The notes under the pieces: model-generated
Told to the model about the DNA's origin: nothing
The model's database searches: none
Seen by the model: only the letters and a program-made list of their open reading frames with translations
Origin: Squalus acanthias
Lineage: Eukaryota
Direction of reading: 5' to 3'
Assembly: GCA_030390025.1 (NCBI GenBank)
Contig: CM059432.1
Coordinates: forward strand, 18,912,001 to 18,976,000
DNA length: 64,000 bases
Program-made: the position numbers and the translations under genes
Shown here: piece after piece, positions 61,388 to 64,000 of the stretch
Layout: each line of letters begins with the position of its first letter
Position numbering within the stretch: the stretch's first letter is position 1

Positions 61388-63945
61388 CAACAACAACAAC
61401 TTCTATTTATATAGCACCTTTAACGTAGTAAAACATCCCAAGGCGCTTCACAGGAGTATTAAAAGACAAAAAATTTGACACCAAGCCACATAAGGAGAAA
61501 TTAGGGCAGGTGACCAAAAGCTTTGTCAAAGAGGTAGGTTTTAAGGAGCATCTTAAAGGAGGAAAGAGAGGTAAAGAGGCGGAGAGGTTTAGGGAGGGAA
61601 TTCCAGAGCTTAGGGCCTAGGCAACAGAAGGCACGGCCACCAATGGTTGAGCGATTATAATCAGGGATGCTCAAGAGGGTAGAATTAGAGGAGCGCATCT
61701 CAGGTGGGGGGGGGGAGGGGGCGGTGGGGGGGTGCTGCTAAAGGAGATTACAGAGATAGGAAGGAGTGAGGCCATGGAGGGATTTGAAAACAAGGATGAG
61801 AATTTTGAAATTAAGGCATTGCTTAACCGGGAGCCAATGTAGGTCAACGAGCACAGGGGTGATGGGTGAACGGGACTTGGTGCGAGTTAGGACACGGGGC
61901 AGCCGATTTTTGTATGAGCTCAAGTTTACGTAGGGTGGAATGTGGGAGGCCAGCCAGGAGTGCATTGGAATAGTCGAGTCTAGAGGTAACAAAGGCATGG
62001 ATGAGGGTTTCAGCAGCGGATGAGCTGAGGCAAGGGCAGAGATGTTTGATGTTACGGAGGTGGAAATAGGCAGTCTTAGTTATGCTGTGGATATGTGGTT
62101 GGAAGCTCATTTCAGGGTCAAATATGACACCAAGGTTGCGAACAGTGTGGTTCAGCCTCAGACAGATGTTAGGGAGAGGGATGGAGTCAGTGGTTAGGGA
62201 ACGGAGTTTGTGGCGGGGTCCACAAACAATGGCTTCGGTCTTTCCAATATTTAAATGGAGAAAACTTTTGCTCATCCAGAACTGGATGTCGAACAAGCAG
62301 TCTGACAATTTAGAGAAGGTGGAGGTGTCGAGAGAAGTGGTGGTGAGGTAGAGCTGGGTGTCGTCAGCATACATGTGGAAACTGACACTGTGTTTTCGGA
62401 TGATGTCGCCCCTTGGTGACATATAGATGAGAAATAGGAGGGAGCCAAGGATGGATCCTTGGGGGACACCAGAGGTAACAATGCCGGAGCGGGAAGAGAA
62501 GCCATTGCAGGTGATTCTGTGGCTGCGATAAGATAGATAAGAATGGAACCAGGCGAGTGCAGTCTCACCCAGCTGGACGACGGTGGAGAGGCGTTGGAGA
62601 AGGATGGAGTGGTCAAACGTGTCAAAGGCTGCAGACAAGTCAAGAAGGACGAGGAGGGATAGTTTACCTTTGTCACAGTCACAAAGGATGTCATTTGTGA
62701 CTTTGCTGAGAGCCGTTTTGTTACTGTGGTAAGGGCAGAAACCTGATTGAAGGGATTCAAACATGGAATAGCGGGAAAGATGCGCATGGATATGGGAGGG
62801 CAACAACACGTTCAAGGACTTTGGAGAGGAAAGGGAGGTTAGAGATGGGGCGGTAGTTTGCAAGGACGGAGAGGTCAAGGGTAATTTTTTTGAGGAGAGG
62901 GGTGATGACGGCGATTTGAGGGAGAGGGGGACAGTACCTGAGGAGAGAGAACCGTTAACAATGTCAGCTAACGTGGGAGCCAGAAAAGGAAGTTGGGTGG
63001 TCAGCAGTTTGGTGAGAATAGAGTCGAGGGAGCAGGAGGTAGGTCTCATGGACAAGATAAGCGCAGAGAGATCATGAGGGGAGATTGGAGAGAACCTGGA
63101 GAAAGATGTGAGTTCAGTGCTAGGGCAGGGGGGAACCTTAGAGGAAGTTTGGCCCGGTGGGCTAGGGAATGAAGGGTGTAAGAATAAAAATATTTTGTCA
63201 AAATTATGTTGTGTGATGGACTCGAGACTATTAATATAAGATGTATGTAATAAAGATGAATTTAACGTGTAAGGATCTCCCCTGGGTGGGTGGAGCTCAA
63301 GGCAACGGAGTGAAACTTAACAAAAGAAATCTGCATAACAAGGTAACCCCCACAGAGACAGCAGGACTTTAAGGGTAAACAAACCCATCGAAAACCCATC
63401 AAAACTCACCATCGAAACTCAGAGCCATTAAAAGGTGTTAACAAAACGATTAACTTAATAAAGAAATGGCACCAGCCGCTGCCGACAGACACATGGGTGA
63501 GGAAAGCCAATCAAGAACTGCCATGAAACTAAGACCCAATACTGGGTTTTAGCAATTTATACTGGAGACAATGGAATTTAAAAGATACAAAAGAAGGAAC
63601 CCAAAGGCTCTCGCTCTCTCTCTCTCTTGATGACCACACGGAAAAGCAGGAAGACCCCCTCTACAGACCAGACAGAAGCATGGAAGAAGGCCGCGTGCAT
63701 TGCTTGACTCAAAGGAAAGTATAAGTCTGTTTGAATCTGTAACCCATTACCTTACCTGTTGTAATCAAGTAGAGTCCATAGGATACCAGTAGACTGATTG
63801 TTTGGATGTGCATGTGTGTGTGTGTTAAATAAACTTATTCCAAATTGTTTCAAAACAATTGGTCCTGCTGTCAATTTAATGCCAGTCAAAATAAAAAGCT
63901 TACAAGGGAAGTGGCAGAAGCAGCTGAATGGATGGTCTCAATCTC
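61388..63945 (-). mobile_element. L2 LINE, 5'-truncated, RT with YADD
   Basis: ORF 61844-63055 LQSGF...LLDLSAAFDT..H...GVPQGSILG..LF.IYM...HMYADDTQLY...LNIGKTE...AFVTSRLDYSNALL; (GTT)n tail. Confidence 0.95.
63177..63904 (+). mobile_element. solo LTR (728 bp) inserted in L2; TSD AGGG
   Basis: aggg|TGTAAG ... CTTACA|aggg; AATAAA at 63828-63833; L2 sequence continues on both sides. Confidence 0.88.
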
Positions 63946-64000
63946 AGAGACAAAGATTGGAGGATAGCAAATGTAACCCCGCTATTAAAGAAAGGAGGGA
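63946..64000 (+). mobile_element. start of a CR1 RT fragment running off the window
   Basis: gattggaggatagcaaatgtaaccccgctattaaagaaagga = DWRIANVTPL.KKG. Confidence 0.75.

Overview
This is a eukaryotic, repeat-dominated window with no intact host protein-coding gene. The repeat content is typical of a cartilaginous-fish (shark) intron or intergenic region (inference): CR1 and L2 LINEs, RTE, Deu-domain SINEs, a palindromic Penelope-type short element, and many PIF/Harbinger elements and MITEs. Almost all long ORFs in the track are transposon remnants or low-complexity artefacts. Structures resolvable to the base: (1) a Penelope-type inverted-repeat element with a 14-bp target-site duplication (TSD) and two back-to-back minimal hammerhead-ribozyme cores at its apex (14974-15206); (2) an RTE insertion with the twin-priming inversion signature (12443-13320); (3) a young, CpG-rich, internally deleted Ty3/Gypsy element with an intact integrase (23074-25111); (4) two solo LTRs; (5) four copies of a non-autonomous Harbinger family that keeps a Myb/SANT mini-ORF and has mixed terminal repeats; (6) a three-copy MITE family with conserved TGACAG hairpins; (7) several multi-level nested insertions. 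A possible minus-strand host exon lies at 11-149 (low confidence). Boundaries of old, decayed repeats are approximate, and family names come from motif recognition, not database searches.
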